Shown one piece after another: positions 32,030 through 34,178 of a DNA stretch of 34,178 nt. The stretch spans positions 1-34,178 of the IMG/VR virus record IMGVR_UViG_3300044724_000572; one strand, given 5' to 3'. Within the stretch, counting starts at the first letter, position 1. The number at the start of each line of letters is the position of its first letter. The stretch is from a virus. Taxonomy: Duplodnaviria > Caudoviricetes. Below the pieces are notes generated by a model that did not search any database, had not been told where the DNA came from, and saw only the letters and a list, made by a program, of their open reading frames with translations. The position numbers and the translations under genes were made by a program.

Positions 32030-33504
32030 CTGCGTCCGCCCGCAACCGCGTCAAGCCGCATGATACCAACACGCCAATCAGAGTCAGTGTTGCCTGTGAC
32101 GCGCATTCTGATCTGACGCCCAGTAAACCGCAGGCTTGTTGGGTTAGCCATGTTATACGGGCCGTAATCACGCTCAGTATCTGTCGGATAGAAACGTGTC
32201 TTAAATGTGGCATTAACGTCACCCAGCGTATTCTCGTCTGGGATCATGCCGCGCACAGCCATCACGTTCTCGCCTACACCAAGCGCAATTGGGCCTGTTT
32301 CAGCAAATGGAGATTGGCCGCCGTAATCAAAGCCAATTTCTTGCTCATACAAAACACCGTCGGCAGCAATCCAAAATGGCTGGCGGAATACGCCACGGTC
32401 CACGCCAGCTGTGCGATCAATCGTGCCAGTGGTCCAAATGTTTTCTGCGTAGTCAAATGCAACATAGCTGTCGCACTCTGTAGAGGTGGCGCTTGGATAA
32501 AACCACCAGATTTCATTGAAGCGGCTGTTGACTACGGCGTGAACCTTAGACCGCTGGTCGTTGTTCATGTCGCTGAAAACGTAATCCGCAACCTCACATG
32601 GCAAGTCTCGCACAGAGCCACCAGCGTAGATAAAGAATGAGCGCTGGCCCATCCACACTACGCCCTCGTCGATTGACGCAGCTGCGTTGGCTGCTATCAA
32701 GCCGCACGATGTACCTACACGCTCAAAGCCGTAAACAAATGGAGGGCCGCTGTATGTGGCTGTGTGGGCGTCTTGGTCCGTAAGGATCAGTGACTGACCG
32801 CGTGTGCGCAAGCCCTTGAGGATTGTGCCGTTGGTTTGGATTTCAATGTCACCGGCTTCGTTTGTCGCCGCTGGTGTCCAAGTATTGTTATCTTCACGGT
32901 CTGACCACGCAACCTTGCGAGGGTTGCCGCCCGCGCCAAACGCAAACACAAAGCGCTCTTCAGTCACCATCATGCCGGAACAACCTACAGGCGCATTTGA
33001 TAGAACTGCGGCTGGTGTTCCGCCGCTTAACTGCCACTCATAAATCTTGCCGTCATCAGCTGTCATGCCCAGCAAATATTCACCCCAGTTTTCCAAGCTC
33101 CATGTGGTCGCCGGGAAAATAGTGCCGGAGTCCTCTGAGGGTAAACCGTAAAGGCTACTGCCGTAAACGCCGCCGCCGTAGCTGGTAAAAGATGTGGCAT
33201 CAACGCGACCAGCGGTGAAGCCTGCTGGCGTGATGTCGCTAACAGCGTTGCCAGATGTCATGGCGTACAACTTATTGTACGTTCCAAACGCAACACGGCG
33301 GCCACCGCTGTTATCTTCCCACGCAATCATTGTGCGGGCTACGCCATCTAAATCAACGCTTCCGCGCTGACGCCAACCGCCGACTGGGCGCAACGCACCC
33401 TCATGCCAACGGATTAAGTTTGCATCGCGCCAACGGCCCTGAGACTGATACTCAGTGCCGTTGCGATACTGCCCTGCGGGTATGTTGAGAGGAATTAACG
33501 GCAT
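32026..33504 (-). CDS. Tail nozzle/DNA stabilisation protein (P22 gp10/tail tubular B-like)
   Basis: GRW.D.NL.RW..G..RP.GGW, WS..NWGE.L, WSD.ED...WTP..TN.AG, CGLI, F.EIWWFYPS, R..GRQ..MR. Confidence 0.88.
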   Translation of the reverse strand: MPLIPLNIPAGQYRNGTEYQSQGRWRDANLIRWHEGALRPVGGWRQRGSVDLDGVARTMIAWEDNSGGRRVAFGTYNKLYAMTSGNAVSDITPAGFTAGRVDATSFTSYGGGVYGSSLYGLPSEDSGTIFPATTWSLENWGEYLLGMTADDGKIYEWQLSGGTPAAVLSNAPVGCSGMMVTEERFVFAFGAGGNPRKVAWSDREDNNTWTPAATNEAGDIEIQTNGTILKGLRTRGQSLILTDQDAHTATYSGPPFVYGFERVGTSCGLIAANAAASIDEGVVWMGQRSFFIYAGGSVRDLPCEVADYVFSDMNNDQRSKVHAVVNSRFNEIWWFYPSATSTECDSYVAFDYAENIWTTGTIDRTAGVDRGVFRQPFWIAADGVLYEQEIGFDYGGQSPFAETGPIALGVGENVMAVRGMIPDENTLGDVNATFKTRFYPTDTERDYGPYNMANPTSLRFTGRQIRMRVTGNTDSDWRVGIMRLDAVAGGRR

Positions 33505-33519
33505 GTGCCTTCTCCCCCA

Positions 33520-34020
33520 TTAAGGTTTCGTTGGCCAGTCAGCCTCATCAAGATTAGGCCAGTTAGCGTGCGCAGTAATGTCACGCAGGGCTTGGCGATA
33601 GCTAGTCATTGCCGCATCCATTGTTACATCAGTCAGCGCAAAGTAATCTGTCTCAGCCAGCAATCCATCACGCTTGGTGCGGTTAGCTGTAGCAGTCTTG
33701 GCATCTAACGTAGCCTGATACGCAGCCTCATGCTCTGCCTTGGTGGTTGTTACGCCATCCTCGTCAGTCGTATCAGCAAACATATCACGGGCAACATAGT
33801 TCTCTACCCAATTGCCATCGGCATCCTGTACCACACCATCACGGGCAGACGTTTGGTACTGACCTACAGTAGCCGCTGGGCTGCGTAGTACAGGGTCAAG
33901 GTTAAGTGCATCCAGCGTGGCTGCTTTCCATACACGAGGCAGGGAAGTGTTGGGGTTAGCTGAACGCCATTGCCCCTGTGTCTTGACTTCGCCTGTAGTT
34001 CTGTTTCTGTATTCTGACAT
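33520..34020 (-). CDS. Tail fibre assembly chaperone
   Basis: R.KRD.LL.ETDY.AL.D, YRQALRDIT, WPTKP; AGGAG RBS. Confidence 0.88.
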   Translation of the reverse strand: MSEYRNRTTGEVKTQGQWRSANPNTSLPRVWKAATLDALNLDPVLRSPAATVGQYQTSARDGVVQDADGNWVENYVARDMFADTTDEDGVTTTKAEHEAAYQATLDAKTATANRTKRDGLLAETDYFALTDVTMDAAMTSYRQALRDITAHANWPNLDEADWPTKP

Positions 34021-34052
34021 GATTGATGTTCTCCTGTGTCAGTTGATTGTAG

Positions 34053-34178
34053 TTATGCGATTGCGTAGAAGATGTAGGTGTTGCTTGAGTTGTTTACTTC
34101 GCCAAAATTAGTATTGACAGCAAAACCAGATGAAACTGGATCAATAAAATCTGAGCTAGTGATTTCTGCATCTGTAGT
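34053..34178 (-). CDS. C-terminal 41 aa of a tail fibre protein (truncated by window end)
   Basis: TTDAEITSSDFIDPVSSGFAVNTNFGEVNNSSNTYIFYAIA-stop; the YIFYAIA ending is typical of marine phage fibre domains; precedes the chaperone. Confidence 0.8.
   Translation of the reverse strand, partial: TTDAEITSSDFIDPVSSGFAVNTNFGEVNNSSNTYIFYAIA

Larger units (their letters stand above)
1..34178. mobile_element. Near-complete dsDNA tailed phage genome (podovirus-like), no lysogeny module seen
   Basis: TerL, TerS, portal, scaffold, capsid, adaptor, nozzle, ejection proteins, endolysin and primase-helicase are present, densely packed with ATGA/TAATG overlaps. No tape-measure or sheath gene and no host genes. 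Confidence 0.97.

Noticed and set aside
33520-34178. Diversity-generating retroelement or invertible fibre cassette
   Set aside because: No reverse transcriptase, invertase or template repeat of the fibre end is visible; the missing segment cannot be assessed.

Overview
The window is most of the genome of a small, apparently lytic podovirus-type dsDNA phage. The host is probably a marine alphaproteobacterium (inferred from gene families and a UCCUCCC-loop sRNA). Both ends cut minus-strand genes of the tail module (an HNH-like gene at the left, a tail-fibre C-terminus at the right), consistent with a circular map opened there with a gap of unknown size. A divergent promoter region (15559-15683) separates a short + strand early operon from a - strand replication arm (RHH regulator, Hjc-like resolvase, ExoVIII-like nuclease, SSB, primase-helicase, iteron-like origin). 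The - strand continues with terS/terL, a 540-aa cargo gene, adaptor and tail genes. Round the circle come the tail chaperone, nozzle, ejection proteins, portal, scaffold, major capsid and a lysis block with a GH19 endolysin. No integrase, CI-type repressor, standalone DNA or RNA polymerase, tRNA or CRISPR array was seen. Highlights: a circularly permuted phage-tail-lysozyme domain on an ejection protein; a pre-toxin-like/possible ADP-ribosyltransferase cargo with GLL-tagged ends behind a 26-aa four-Cys peptide; a promoter-bearing cuckoo-like anti-SD sRNA; an HNH insertion that duplicated the terL 3' end; an overprinted early gene; an iteron array with its own promoter; and an NrdR-box-like site. 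All family calls come from motif recognition by eye, not database searches.
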